A model generated the notes under the pieces. The model saw only the letters and a list, made by a program, of their open reading frames with translations. It was not told where the DNA came from and ran no database searches. Position numbers and translations under genes: made by a program. Positions 1-10,693 of a stretch of DNA of 64,000 bases are shown here, piece by piece. Every line of letters begins with the position of its first letter. Within the stretch, counting starts at the first letter, position 1. Location: the NCBI GenBank assembly GCA_026415295.1, contig JAOAHJ010000028.1:2964-66963 (forward strand). Reading direction: 5' to 3'. Origin of the DNA: Spirochaetota bacterium. GTDB lineage: Bacteria > Spirochaetota > JAAYUW01 > JAOAHJ01.

Positions 1-1679
1 TAAAAGGGGCAAGTTTTGCTTCAGAAAATCTTACTGAACAGTCAGAAGAAAAAAGGTCACATGTTCAGGTTGCTGATCCATTCATGGAGAAGCTCTTAAT
101 AGAAGCAACAATGGAACTTATAGCTCATAAAGATATAATTGGAATTCAAGATCTTGGAGCTGCTGGATTAACCTCTTCTTCTTGTGAAATTGCTTCCCGT
201 GGTAATTCCGGAATAGAAATAGATGTTTCAAAAGTTATAACAAGAGAACCAAATATGACTCCAGCTGAAATAATGCTATCTGAGTCTCAGGAAAGGATGT
301 TGCTTGTTATAAAAAAGGGAAAAGAAAAAGATGCTTTTAAAATATTTAAAAAATGGGATCTTCATGCTTCAATAATCGGTTATGTGACAGATGATGGAAT
401 GATTAGAATCAAAAATAAAGATGAAATAGTTGCCAACATTCCTGCAAAAGCTTTAGCTGAAGGGAGCCCAACAAATTTAAGACCATATAAATATCCAGCA
501 TATCTTATTGAAAAAAATTATTCAGGAGAAATTTCTAAAATAATATTTAACCCTGACATTGAAAAAGATTTTTTATCATTAATATCTTCACCTAATATAT
601 GTTCAAGAGAATGGGTATTCAAACAGTATGATCATATGGTACAAAGAAGAACTGCTATAAGACCTGGAGGAGATGCTTCAGTTCTATATCTAAAAGAGAT
701 AAACAAAGCTATAAGTTTAACTATAGATTGTAATTCAAGATATTGTTTTTTGAACCCTTATGATGGTGCTAAAATAGCAGTATTTGAAGCTGCAAGAAAT
801 ATAGTAGCAACAGGTGGTTTACCATTAGCTATAACTGATTGTTTAAACTTTGCTTCCCCTGAAGAAGAAGAGATTTATTATCAGTTTAGAGCAGCAATAT
901 TGGGTATTACAGAAGCTTGTAAACTTTTAAATACTCCAATAATTAGTGGAAATGTAAGTTTTTATAACCAATCTGAAGAACATAAAATATATCCTACCCC
1001 TGTTATTGGAATGGTTGGTTTAATAGAAAAGCCTGAATATATTACAAAAATAGATTTTAAAAAACCAATTAAAAATAAATATAATTTTTCAAAAAATAAC
1101 ATATCTTTTTATTTAGAAAAATTTTTAACTGATATTAAAGAAAACGATTATGTTTTGGGTGATGCTATAATTTTAGTTGGTGAAACTCGAGCTGAACTTG
1201 GTGGTTCAGAATATTTATCTTATATTTATAAAAAAGAAATAGGTCCAATCCCACAAATAGAAGGACAAAAAGAAATTTTAACAAATGACACTTTACTCTC
1301 ACTTATTAAAAAAGGTTTAATAAATTCTGCTCATGATATATCTGATGGAGGTTTAATAGTTTCTCTGGCAGAGTGTTGTTTTAATAATGAAACAGGAGTT
1401 TTAGTAAACATACAAAGTGAATTAAAACCTCATGAATTTCTATTCTCAGAAACTCAAGGAAGATTTATAATTTCAGTAAACCATGAATACATAGAAGAGG
1501 TAATCAACTCTTTCAAAAAAAATGGTATTTTTGCTTCTCATATAGGTTTTATAGTTTCAAATTCTGACTTAAGTTCTGGAACTTTTAATATTAAAATAAA
1601 TGATAGAATTGTGATTAAAAAAGATATAAAAGAGATAAAAAAAATTTGGAAAGAATCTCTCGAAAATTTGATTAGTTAA
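1..1679 (+). CDS. purL: Phosphoribosylformylglycinamidine synthase subunit PurL (FGAM synthase II), 5'-truncated by window edge
   Basis: Reading frame is open from nt 3 (KGASFASENLTEQSEEKRSHVQVADPFMEK...); conserved PurL VQVxDPF motif lies upstream of the ORF-track Met at 84, so the true start is outside the window. AIR-synthase-related C-terminal domains. Confidence 0.8.
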   Translation, partial: KGASFASENLTEQSEEKRSHVQVADPFMEKLLIEATMELIAHKDIIGIQDLGAAGLTSSSCEIASRGNSGIEIDVSKVITREPNMTPAEIMLSESQERMLLVIKKGKEKDAFKIFKKWDLHASIIGYVTDDGMIRIKNKDEIVANIPAKALAEGSPTNLRPYKYPAYLIEKNYSGEISKIIFNPDIEKDFLSLISSPNICSREWVFKQYDHMVQRRTAIRPGGDASVLYLKEINKAISLTIDCNSRYCFLNPYDGAKIAVFEAARNIVATGGLPLAITDCLNFASPEEEEIYYQFRAAILGITEACKLLNTPIISGNVSFYNQSEEHKIYPTPVIGMVGLIEKPEYITKIDFKKPIKNKYNFSKNNISFYLEKFLTDIKENDYVLGDAIILVGETRAELGGSEYLSYIYKKEIGPIPQIEGQKEILTNDTLLSLIKKGLINSAHDISDGGLIVSLAECCFNNETGVLVNIQSELKPHEFLFSETQGRFIISVNHEYIEEVINSFKKNGIFASHIGFIVSNSDLSSGTFNIKINDRIVIKKDIKEIKKIWKESLENLIS

Positions 1680-1694
1680 ATTAGGTAAAAAACA

Positions 1695-3110
1695 ATGGAA
1701 AAATTTAAAGAAAAATGTGGTATTTTTGGAATTTATAATTCATCAAAAAAAACTAAATCTGAAATACCTTTTATAATATATTATGGGCTCTATTCTTTAC
1801 AGCATAGAGGTCAAGAAAGTTGCGGAATAACTTTAACTGATGGAAAAGATTTTAAAACTTACAAGAATATGGGACTTGTAAATGAAGTTTTTAGTCAAAA
1901 TATTTTGGAAAATCTAGAAGGTTTTGCAGGTATAGGACATGTAAGATATTCTACAACAGGAGAATCAACTGCTTTAAATGCACAACCTTTTGTTGTAAAT
2001 TCAAAACTCGGAAACATTGCAATCGCCCATAATGGTAACCTTGTAAATTCAAATGTTTTAAAAGATCTTCTTGAAGATTCAGGTTTTACTTTTCAAACAA
2101 CATCCGATTCTGAAGTAATACTATCTTTAATTGCAAGAAGTTCAAAATATGGAATAGAGAGGGCTGTTTTAGATGCTATTTCTGCAATAAAAGGGTCATT
2201 TGCTCTTGTTATTTTATTCCAAGATAAGCTTATTGCAGTGAGAGACCCATACGGAATAAGGCCTCTCTGCTATGGAATTAAAGATGACTACCATATTTTT
2301 GCTTCTGAAAGTTGTGCCCTTGATACAGTTGGAGCTAAATTTATTAGAGATTTAAATCCTGGGGAAATAATAATATGTGATAGAAAAGATATAAAATCCA
2401 TAAATTTCTCAGAAAAAACTAAAAAATCTGTTTGTATTTTTGAATATATTTATTTTGCAAGACCTGATAGTACTATTGATGGTATTAATGTTTATAAATC
2501 AAGAATCGAAGCAGGAAGGTTACTTTCAAGAAATTATCCTATTTCTGCAGATCTTGTATCTGGAGTCCCAGATTCAGGAATCCCTGCTGCTATTGGATTT
2601 TCTAAAGAATCAAACATACCTTATGAACTTGCTTTAATTAAAAATAAATATATAGGAAGAACTTTTATAAATCCATCACCAGAATTAAGAAAAAAAGATG
2701 TTTCTGTTAAACTAAATCCATTAAAAGAAGTTATTCAAAATAAAAGAATAGTATTAATAGATGATTCTATTGTAAGGGGAACAACTGGAAACCAATTAGT
2801 AAAAATTATTAGAAATTCTGGGGCAAAAGAAGTTCATTTTAGAATTGCTTCTCCTATAGTAAGATTTCCCTGCTATTTTGGAATAAATATAGCATCAAGA
2901 AAAGAACTTATAGGCTCAAACAAAGTTACCATAAATGAAATAAAGAAAAAACTAGATGCTGACTCAGTTGGCTATCTTACTATAGATGAACTACTTTCTA
3001 TTTTTGGGAAAACAAATGAAAATAATTTTTGCCTTGGTTGTTTTACTGGAGAATACCCATTATCTGCACCATTTGAAGAGCTCGATAATGAAATTGAAAA
3101 AAAAGTTTAA
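1695..3110 (+). CDS. purF: Amidophosphoribosyltransferase
   Basis: N-terminal MxxxCGIFGI (Ntn-hydrolase catalytic Cys2) and PRTase domain; follows purL with 15-nt gap. Confidence 0.85.
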   Translation: MEKFKEKCGIFGIYNSSKKTKSEIPFIIYYGLYSLQHRGQESCGITLTDGKDFKTYKNMGLVNEVFSQNILENLEGFAGIGHVRYSTTGESTALNAQPFVVNSKLGNIAIAHNGNLVNSNVLKDLLEDSGFTFQTTSDSEVILSLIARSSKYGIERAVLDAISAIKGSFALVILFQDKLIAVRDPYGIRPLCYGIKDDYHIFASESCALDTVGAKFIRDLNPGEIIICDRKDIKSINFSEKTKKSVCIFEYIYFARPDSTIDGINVYKSRIEAGRLLSRNYPISADLVSGVPDSGIPAAIGFSKESNIPYELALIKNKYIGRTFINPSPELRKKDVSVKLNPLKEVIQNKRIVLIDDSIVRGTTGNQLVKIIRNSGAKEVHFRIASPIVRFPCYFGINIASRKELIGSNKVTINEIKKKLDADSVGYLTIDELLSIFGKTNENNFCLGCFTGEYPLSAPFEELDNEIEKKV

Positions 3111-3127
3111 TTTTAGGATAAAATAAT

Positions 3128-4174
3128 ATGAATGATAAAAAAAATAGTAAATTTAGCTATAAAGATTCTGGTGTTGATATTAATGAAGGTTATAAAGCTG
3201 TTGAATTATATAAAAAATTTGCAAGAGAAACATTTGATAAGTATGTTTCTCTAGATATAGGTTCCTTTGGTTCACTTTATAAATTACCTCAGAATGAAGA
3301 TTTTCTCCTTGTTTCCTCAACAGATGGTGTTGGAACTAAATTAGAATTAGCTTTTAAGCTTAAAAAATATGATACTGTTGGAATTGATTGTGTTGCAATG
3401 TGTGTAAATGATATAATCTGTCTTGGTGCAAAACCCCTATTTTTTCTTGATTATCTTGCATGCGGAAAACTTGATCATAAAATAGCTGGAGATCTTGTTA
3501 AAGGAATAGCTGAAGGTTGTAAAATAGCAGGCTGTTCTCTTATAGGTGGAGAGACTGCAGAAATGCCTGGTTTTTATGAAGAAGGCAAGTATGATATAGC
3601 TGGATTCACAGTTGGAATTGTTCATAAAAAAGACTTAATTGATGGATCAAAAATCAAAGAGGGAGATATATTAATAAGTATTGAATCTTCAGGTTTTCAT
3701 AGCAATGGATACTCTCTTTTAAGAAAAATAATAAATGACAATAAGATTGATTTAAATTCTAATTTTGGAGAATCAACAATTGGACTACAGTTACTAAAAC
3801 CAACATTTATTTATGTTAATCCTATTTTAGAATGCTTAAGAAATAAAATTGAAATAAAAGGTATAGCAAATATAACTGGGGGTGGTTTTTATGAAAATAT
3901 TCCCAGAATGTTTAAAGATAATTTTACAGCAATAATAGAGAAAGATAAGATCAAGCTTCCAAAAATTATGGAGTACTTTAAATCCTTTGGTATAAGTGAT
4001 AAAGAAATGTTTAATACCTTCAATTGTGGAACTGGTATGGTTTTATGTGTTAAAGATAAAAATGATTTTGAAAATATAAGAAAAATATTTGAAAAATACA
4101 ATTTATCAACCTCTATAATTGGTAAAGTTGCAAAAGGAGAAAAAGAAACCAAAATTATTGGCATAGATTTGTGA
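3128..4174 (+). CDS. purM: Phosphoribosylformylglycinamidine cyclo-ligase (AIR synthetase)
   Basis: Conserved PurM motifs (DGVGTK, GGETAEMPG), 348 aa, operon position after purF. Confidence 0.85.
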   Translation: MNDKKNSKFSYKDSGVDINEGYKAVELYKKFARETFDKYVSLDIGSFGSLYKLPQNEDFLLVSSTDGVGTKLELAFKLKKYDTVGIDCVAMCVNDIICLGAKPLFFLDYLACGKLDHKIAGDLVKGIAEGCKIAGCSLIGGETAEMPGFYEEGKYDIAGFTVGIVHKKDLIDGSKIKEGDILISIESSGFHSNGYSLLRKIINDNKIDLNSNFGESTIGLQLLKPTFIYVNPILECLRNKIEIKGIANITGGGFYENIPRMFKDNFTAIIEKDKIKLPKIMEYFKSFGISDKEMFNTFNCGTGMVLCVKDKNDFENIRKIFEKYNLSTSIIGKVAKGEKETKIIGIDL

Positions 4175-4240
4175 AAAAATAATATATAAATGATATAATT
4201 AATTTTTAATGTAATAATTTTTTATTTAATAAAATTTTTT

Positions 4241-4867
4241 ATGAATATCATAGTTTTAGTTTCAGGAAATGGCACAAACCTTCAAGCTATAATTGATGCT
4301 ATAAATAGTGGTTATTTAATAAATACTTACATAAAAGCTGTTATATCAGATAGAGAAGCCTATGCTTTAGAAAGAGCTAAAAAGTTTAACATCCCTAATC
4401 TACTAATAGACAGAAAAATATATAAACAAAATCTTTCAAATAAAATTTTACAAAGTGTAAAAGAGCTTGAAAGTAAATTCAATTTCAAAACAGACCTTAT
4501 AGTTTTAGCAGGTTTTTTATCAATATTAAACTCTGAATTTATAAACAGTTATAAAAATAGAATTATTAATATTCACCCTGCTCTTTTACCTTCATTTGGT
4601 GGGAAAGGAATGTATGGTAAAAAAGTTTTTGAAGAAGTATTAAATTCAGGTGTGAAATTTACTGGAGTAACTATACATATTGTTGATGAAGGAACAGACA
4701 CAGGTCCAATTATTGCTCAAGAAGTAATAAAAATAGATGAAAATGAAAGTTTGGAAAGTTTAGAAGAAAAAACTCACAAAATAGAACACAAAATTTTAAT
4801 TGATGTACTAAAAAATTTTTCTGAAAAAAAACTAATAATTGAAAATAAAAAAACAAGATGGAATTAA
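4241..4867 (+). CDS. purN: Phosphoribosylglycinamide formyltransferase
   Basis: VLVSGNGTNLQAI N-terminus, formyltransferase fold, 208 aa. Confidence 0.8.
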   Translation: MNIIVLVSGNGTNLQAIIDAINSGYLINTYIKAVISDREAYALERAKKFNIPNLLIDRKIYKQNLSNKILQSVKELESKFNFKTDLIVLAGFLSILNSEFINSYKNRIINIHPALLPSFGGKGMYGKKVFEEVLNSGVKFTGVTIHIVDEGTDTGPIIAQEVIKIDENESLESLEEKTHKIEHKILIDVLKNFSEKKLIIENKKTRWN

Positions 4868-4936
4868 AATAACTAAATGTATGTATAAATAAATAAAAAT
4901 TATAAAATTAATAAAATTGTTAATTTGTAAAACAAA

Positions 4937-4966
4937 TTGACAATACCATAAATAGAAAAATATAAA
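4937..4966 (+). promoter_or_regulatory. Candidate sigma70-type promoter (TTGACA-N17-ATATAA) overlapping a 12-bp-arm palindrome ATTGTTAATTTG-TAAAA-CAAATTGACAAT (4916..4944)
   Basis: Read directly from sequence; located ~50 nt upstream of the 5015 CDS. The AT-rich background makes chance matches likely. Confidence 0.3.
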
Positions 4967-5014
4967 AATAACAAATTACTATCTTTATAAAAATAAGAAA
5001 GCATTTTTAATAAA

Positions 5015-5935
5015 ATGGTAAAAAATCAAAACAATCATTTAATAACTCCCTATTATTTTTTAAAACACTTTTATAGTGATGAACAGATTAAAAATTTTAT
5101 TCATATATTTAATAACAAAACAATTTTTTTAATCTACAGTCCTTTATTTAAACAATTTATTAATTATTTCTTATCTTCAAGTTCTTCAGAAAGTAATATA
5201 AAAATTAAAATTGTTGAAAAACTTAATAAAATTTATTCTTTAAATGACAATATATTTTTTGCCCCCTATAAACTTGGTAGTTCTGCTACTCTTGAAATAC
5301 TAGAAATCTCTTCCTTTTATTGTTTTAAAAATATTATCCAAATTGGTTATGCTGGGTCATTTTTTGAAGAAATCAATATTGGTGATATTTTTATATCAGA
5401 AGGAGCATTTACAGATTCTATAATTCCAAATGTATATACAAATAAACCTTTAAATTTTGATGGTTTAAATGAATTTTATTTTATTGATAACTTTTATGAG
5501 ACTGATAAAGAATTAACAGAAAAAATTTTAAATGTATTAGGAAATATAAATATAACTATTAATAAATTAAATAATACAAATTTGAACAATTTAAAAACTT
5601 TTGAATTTACTAATTCAACAAATCAAAATAATAAAGAAAATATAAATATTTTTAAAGGAAAACACTTTTCAACAGAATTTATCTTTAAAGAAACTTTAGA
5701 AAAATTTCATTTATTAGAAAAATGTGGTGCAAAAACAGTTGAAATGGAGGGAGCTACATTTTTTGGCTTCTGTAAATCAAAAAATATTAAAACAACATCT
5801 ATTTACATAATTTCTGACAAGATAGAATTCAATAAAAAGAATTGGTTACAAGCATGGGATTCAAATAAATTAAAAGAATCATTTTATTTTATAATTAAAA
5901 AACTATTGATCTATAATTTAAATCTTTCTATCTGA
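5015..5935 (+). CDS. Phosphorylase family-1 (PNP/UDP/MTA-nucleosidase-like) protein with large Asn-rich insertion
   Basis: C-terminal VEMEGA motif characteristic of the PNP_UDP_1 family; glycine-rich IQIGYAGS segment; ~100-aa N/K-rich insertion between. Confidence 0.4.
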   Translation: MVKNQNNHLITPYYFLKHFYSDEQIKNFIHIFNNKTIFLIYSPLFKQFINYFLSSSSSESNIKIKIVEKLNKIYSLNDNIFFAPYKLGSSATLEILEISSFYCFKNIIQIGYAGSFFEEINIGDIFISEGAFTDSIIPNVYTNKPLNFDGLNEFYFIDNFYETDKELTEKILNVLGNINITINKLNNTNLNNLKTFEFTNSTNQNNKENINIFKGKHFSTEFIFKETLEKFHLLEKCGAKTVEMEGATFFGFCKSKNIKTTSIYIISDKIEFNKKNWLQAWDSNKLKESFYFIIKKLLIYNLNLSI

Positions 5936-7659
5936 CTAGAAAGTTTTTCAACATCATTTTTATTTCTTATACCCAATTGTGAAACTGAATTCATTGCTTC
6001 ATCTATTTCTTTTATCCCTAAAAAAATAGATTCCATATTTTGATTTGTTCCTAAAATCAATTTTTTAAAATCATCCATTAAACTTTTTATATTTTTAGAT
6101 AAGTTTTCTATTTTCTCTGAATTCATATCAACTTTTTCTGATAAATTAACAGCTCCTTCAAGTAATTTAGAAACCTTAATACCTTCATTATATTCATTTT
6201 GGATAACTTCATTATTTTTTATTTCATATGAAGTTAATTGATCAATGTGTTTAGAAATTTCTAGAAAACACTTTTCAAGTAAATTTGAAGAATCAAAAAG
6301 TTGATTAATAGTTGAAACTATATTATTAAGCATCTCTTCTGTTTTCTTTGCTTGTTCTTCAGTTGACTCAGATAATTTTCTTATTTCTTCAGAAACAACG
6401 GCAAAACCTTGTCCTGCTTCTCCAGCATGTGCTGCTTCTATTGCTGCATTAATTGCAAGCAAATTTGTTTGATTAGCAATGCCTAGAATAGTTTCAGTAG
6501 TTTTTTTAAGAGTATCTGAATTACTAAATACACTATCGATAAAGCCTTTTACTTCAATTAAACTATCTTTACCTATTTTTATTGAGTTTATAAGTTTTTG
6601 GAATAGTTCATCTTTTTCTTTAGCATTTTTAAAAACATTTTCTTGATAATCTCTCATCTTTTTAAATACATCAGAAGAGTTATTAATATTATTTAGTAAA
6701 ATATTAGTTGCCTTTCTCTGTTCATCAATATTTTGATCTATTTCAATAACTGAATTAAAAACAGTTTCAATCTTATTATTTATTGTGTTTATCTGCTCTT
6801 TTATATTCATAACATGGCTATTTATATTATGTAACGATGAAGCAGTTTCAGTAACATTACTTGCAAGGTCGAGTGAACTATTGTTTAAACTGTTAATTGA
6901 ATTTTTAATTACTAAAACTGTATCTCTTAAGTTTTTTATAAATTTATTTAAGTAGAATGCCATCTCCCCAATTTCATTTTTTTGTTTAACATCCATTGAA
7001 GCAGTTAAATCTGCTTCACCTTCTGAAATATCTTTCATAATCAAAATTGCTTTTTTAAGAGAATTAATAACTATGATATTTAATGACACATTAAATATAA
7101 AATTAAAAATAATAAAAAGAAAAATTGAAACTAAAATTATTATTTTAATTTCATTAGCTATTATTTTATTAATATAATTTATAGATACTTTTACATAAAG
7201 ATAACCAGCTATATTATTATCAACAACCACCGGAGAAATTATTTCATATCCATTTTTTAATTCTAATTTTTCTATTTTCTCAACTTTCTTTATCTTTTGT
7301 TCAAATTCCTCTGGTGTAACTTTTTTTTCTTGTTTTGATGAAAAAATAATTGTTCCATATTTATCATACAAAGTAATCTCCACATATGAAGGATTATCCT
7401 GTAATGCATTTTTAAGTATCCTTTCTATGTCTCCTATTATATAATATCTTAAAGGATTAACACAAGATTCAATTATATTTTTAACACTTAATATATTTTT
7501 TTCATAATCTATTTTTGATAAATTTTTCGAAATTTCTTTAATACTGATATAAGATAAAAACAGGACTACTATAACAAAAATGATTAAAAACAAAAGTAAG
7601 ATTTTAAAAGTTATTTTGTCAAATAAATTATATTTAAATTTTCCGGTGGTTGTTTTCAT
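5911..7659 (-). CDS. Methyl-accepting chemotaxis protein
   Basis: Two TM segments flanking a ~130-aa periplasmic region, HAMP, and the highly conserved MCP signalling hairpin ([22 protein letters not shown]). 3' end overlaps the convergent 5015..5935 CDS by 25 nt. Confidence 0.85.
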   Translation of the reverse strand: MKTTTGKFKYNLFDKITFKILLLFLIIFVIVVLFLSYISIKEISKNLSKIDYEKNILSVKNIIESCVNPLRYYIIGDIERILKNALQDNPSYVEITLYDKYGTIIFSSKQEKKVTPEEFEQKIKKVEKIEKLELKNGYEIISPVVVDNNIAGYLYVKVSINYINKIIANEIKIIILVSIFLFIIFNFIFNVSLNIIVINSLKKAILIMKDISEGEADLTASMDVKQKNEIGEMAFYLNKFIKNLRDTVLVIKNSINSLNNSSLDLASNVTETASSLHNINSHVMNIKEQINTINNKIETVFNSVIEIDQNIDEQRKATNILLNNINNSSDVFKKMRDYQENVFKNAKEKDELFQKLINSIKIGKDSLIEVKGFIDSVFSNSDTLKKTTETILGIANQTNLLAINAAIEAAHAGEAGQGFAVVSEEIRKLSESTEEQAKKTEEMLNNIVSTINQLFDSSNLLEKCFLEISKHIDQLTSYEIKNNEVIQNEYNEGIKVSKLLEGAVNLSEKVDMNSEKIENLSKNIKSLMDDFKKLILGTNQNMESIFLGIKEIDEAMNSVSQLGIRNKNDVEKLSSQIERFKL

Positions 7660-7705
7660 AATAAAACCTCAATTATTTTTGATTTTTATCTTGATGTAGA
7701 TTATT

Positions 7706-8863
7706 TTATTGAGCAGAAATAAAATCAGCTATTTTTATAAATTTTCCTTCAGAAGCTTTATACTCATATAATCTTAATTTTAGAGAACCTTTATGTGAAT
7801 TTGGGGTAAAAGTAATATTATAAAAAATATTGCCTGTAGAAAAATTACTTAATTTTTCCAAAGCACTTTTTATACCTTCCCCTGTTAAGTTCTGACCAGC
7901 AAGTCTTATTCCTTCAACAAGAACTTTTACTGTAGCCCATCCTTGTATATAATTAATTCTTCTTGAAACTGGAGTATCCTTAAAAGATAAAATTTCTTTT
8001 ATTCCTTCTACATTCTCATGTGGGAAAGCTACTGCAGAAGCATAGATAAAACCATCAAGTAAATTACCTGCTAGTTGTATCATATCTTCATTTACAGTCC
8101 AATTTAAACCATAAATTTGCATCTTTGCACCAGTAGTAGAATAAGCTTTAAGAAAATTTAATGTTGGAACAGCTACATTATTTATAATGATTCCTTTAAC
8201 TCCAGCTTCATTCAAAGTTTTAATCTTTGCAACATAATCTACATCCTGTGTCATAGGAATAATATCAGATATAATTATTCCTAATTTATTTGCTTCATCC
8301 TTTGCAGCTGGTATTGGTGATTCTCCAAAAGCTGATGGATGATGAAAAATTGCAACCTTAGCATTTTTACCAAATTTAGAAGAAAAATGTTTTAAAATAA
8401 CCCTAATTTGATCTGAATAAGTAGGACCACATACAAAATTATATGGATTCTTTTTTGGATCTGCTAAATTTTCATCATAAGATGCTGATACAAAAGGAAT
8501 TTTATCCTGTGCAACTAAAGGTGCTAACTTTAATGTATCTCCTGTTCCCCAACCAATAATACCAACAACTTTTCCTTTTAAATTATTATTATAAAATTCG
8601 AGGGCAATATCTACATTGTATTTATAATCAGTCCATACAAATTCGATTTTATTACCATTTATACCACCTTTAGAATTAATATATTCAACATAATCTCTTG
8701 CCCCCAAAGAATAAGGAGCCCCTACATCTCCTGTAGCTCCAGTTAAATCAAAAATTCCTCCAATTTTAACAACTTTTGTTTGAGCATTAATATTAAAAAA
8801 TAAAAAAAGAAAAAAAACCAAAAATAAAAAATAAAATAATTTTGACTTCATAAATACCTCCAA
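7706..8863 (-). CDS. Periplasmic substrate-binding protein, branched-chain amino acid (LivJ/LivK, PBP type 1) family
   Basis: Signal peptide, then KVVKIGGIFDLTGATGDVGAPYSLGARDYVEYINSKGGINGNKIEF, typical of Leu/Ile/Val-binding proteins. No permease or ATPase genes adjacent; 46 nt upstream of the MCP with a GAGG RBS for the MCP. Confidence 0.65.
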   Translation of the reverse strand: MEVFMKSKLFYFLFLVFFLFLFFNINAQTKVVKIGGIFDLTGATGDVGAPYSLGARDYVEYINSKGGINGNKIEFVWTDYKYNVDIALEFYNNNLKGKVVGIIGWGTGDTLKLAPLVAQDKIPFVSASYDENLADPKKNPYNFVCGPTYSDQIRVILKHFSSKFGKNAKVAIFHHPSAFGESPIPAAKDEANKLGIIISDIIPMTQDVDYVAKIKTLNEAGVKGIIINNVAVPTLNFLKAYSTTGAKMQIYGLNWTVNEDMIQLAGNLLDGFIYASAVAFPHENVEGIKEILSFKDTPVSRRINYIQGWATVKVLVEGIRLAGQNLTGEGIKSALEKLSNFSTGNIFYNITFTPNSHKGSLKLRLYEYKASEGKFIKIADFISAQ

Positions 8864-9139
8864 AAAAATTATTTATTTTAATACTAAGTTAAAATATTAA
8901 TAATATATTTTTATATAATTTCAATATCTTTTATATTTTTTAATTAATATAGTAAATTCTATAATATATATTTTTATAATATAATTTTTTGATTATATAA
9001 GATAAAAATAAAATAAAACTGTTGAAAATTATTTTTTTTTAATTTAACTTTTTAGTAACTATAAAAAGACATAATTTTAGTGGAATAACTTTTTAAACTT
9101 AATTAAACTTTTTATAATAACCTATTAGAGAAGGATTTT

Positions 9140-10693
9140 ATGAATAAAAAATTAGAAAATATATATGAAAACAATAAACTAAATCTTTCAAATAGTTTAA
9201 AAGCACAAGATGATATATCAATACTAATAAATAATATTATTAGCTATATTAATAAAACTGAATTCTATATAGTTGGAAAAATTAAAATATGCAAATTAAT
9301 CTCTTCTTCTATAACAAATGGTAACATTAATAATTATTTTAATATCAAAGAAGCTGGAATAGGTTTTCATCTTTTTGATAAAAATGGTTTTTCTATTTTT
9401 GTCTCAACTTTTGATTTAAATATGAATAAGATAAAAGCTTTAATAAATAATGGTATGAATTTACTTAAAAAATATAATAAAATTTGCAATGATCCTAATA
9501 AAAATATTTTTGAATTACAACCTATTAAAGCAAGATTAGAAAAAAAAAGCAATGTTGATATAGATAAAATTAATTCAGAAAAATTTCAGAGGGACTTCTT
9601 AGAATTCTATAATAATTTACCTAAAGAGAATGATATTTCATACTCCATAGGAATCTCACTAAAAAATATTGATAATTTTATTTTTAGATCAGATGGAACA
9701 GATATATATTATAATGAATTTTATTCAATTATTACAGGAGATCTTTCAATATCTTCGAATTCAAAAGCTTCTATTTATTATAAAATTCATAAATTTGGAT
9801 TAGATATCCTAAATGATAAAGACAAACTTGAAGAATTTTTAAGTCTAACCTCAAAAAATAATAAACTTGTAAAAGATTTATCTTTAGCAGAAAATGTTGA
9901 TGGTGGATCTTATAATCTTATTATAGATTATGCCCTAGCTAAAGGCTTAGCACATGAAGCATTTGGCCATGCTGCTGAAACTGATTTTGTTGAAAACTCA
10001 ATACTTTCAAAAAATGGAATTTTTAATAAAGGTTTAAAAGTAGGCAAATCTTTTTTAAATATAATAGATGAATCTTTCGATAATGAATGGGCTTATACTC
10101 CATTTTCAGATTATGGGCTTATTAGAAAAAAAGTCTATATTGTCAAAGATGGAATATTAAATAATGGACTTTCGGATGTTTTTTCTTATAAAAAAGCTCA
10201 AACTGAATTAACAGGAGCTGAAAGGTCAGAAAGATATTCAGACATACCAATTCCAAGAATGTCAAATATAAGAATAGAACTTAATCCTGACTTTGTTTAC
10301 AAAGATAATATTTTCAATAAAAACTTTAATGAAATTAAGCCATCAGAAATTTTAAATTATGTTCTAGAAAATAAACTTTTTAAAAATGACAAAGATACAT
10401 TACTGCTATCTGGTTATAGTGGAGGTCAAGTAGACACTGTTAAAGGAAATTTTGTTTTTAATTGTCAAGCCATTTACAAAGTTGAAAATAACAAAATAAA
10501 GATATTTAAACCATCAGTTTTTTCCGGAATAACTCTAAAAACACTAGATTCTATAAGTTTTGGTATAGGGAATTTAAAACTTGATGCCATTGGAAGATGT
10601 GGTAAATCAGGACAGAGCGTTAATTCTTCAGGTGGATCACATTACTTTTTAGGAATAAATTACAATGAGAATATAATAATTGGAGGAAAATAA
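9140..10693 (+). CDS. tldD: TldD family metalloprotease (peptidase U62)
   Basis: HEAFGHAAE (HExxxH) zinc motif and overall TldD/PmbA architecture; N-terminal low-complexity insertion. Confidence 0.65.
   Translation: MNKKLENIYENNKLNLSNSLKAQDDISILINNIISYINKTEFYIVGKIKICKLISSSITNGNINNYFNIKEAGIGFHLFDKNGFSIFVSTFDLNMNKIKALINNGMNLLKKYNKICNDPNKNIFELQPIKARLEKKSNVDIDKINSEKFQRDFLEFYNNLPKENDISYSIGISLKNIDNFIFRSDGTDIYYNEFYSIITGDLSISSNSKASIYYKIHKFGLDILNDKDKLEEFLSLTSKNNKLVKDLSLAENVDGGSYNLIIDYALAKGLAHEAFGHAAETDFVENSILSKNGIFNKGLKVGKSFLNIIDESFDNEWAYTPFSDYGLIRKKVYIVKDGILNNGLSDVFSYKKAQTELTGAERSERYSDIPIPRMSNIRIELNPDFVYKDNIFNKNFNEIKPSEILNYVLENKLFKNDKDTLLLSGYSGGQVDTVKGNFVFNCQAIYKVENNKIKIFKPSVFSGITLKTLDSISFGIGNLKLDAIGRCGKSGQSVNSSGGSHYFLGINYNENIIIGGK

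Noticed and set aside
84-1679. ORF-track start codon (Met at 84) for the first gene
   Set aside because: The frame is open to nt 3 and the upstream residues (VQVADPF) belong to conserved PurL sequence, so Met84 is internal and the gene is truncated by the window.
2440-2637. 65-aa ORF inside purF in another frame
   Set aside because: It is fully contained in the well-supported purF frame. The same reasoning applies to 3437..3625(-), 3889..4164(-), 9367..9552(-), 11864..12046(-), 14087..14380(-), 16867..17070(-), 18289..18516(-), 19090..19296(-), 19968..20168(-), 27093..27410(-), 29888..30073(+), 33662..33862(-), 35100..35477(-), 35487..35759(-), 36078..36338(+), 37457..37717(+), 51021..51248(+), 56032..56262(+), 59779..60006(-) and 62425..62703(-).
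5911-5935. 25-nt convergent overlap between the PNP-like CDS and the MCP as a sign of mis-annotation or frameshift
   Set aside because: Both reading frames run cleanly to natural stops, and the C-terminal residues of the PNP-like protein are low-complexity. A short convergent overlap is plausible, and there is no evidence of a pseudogene.
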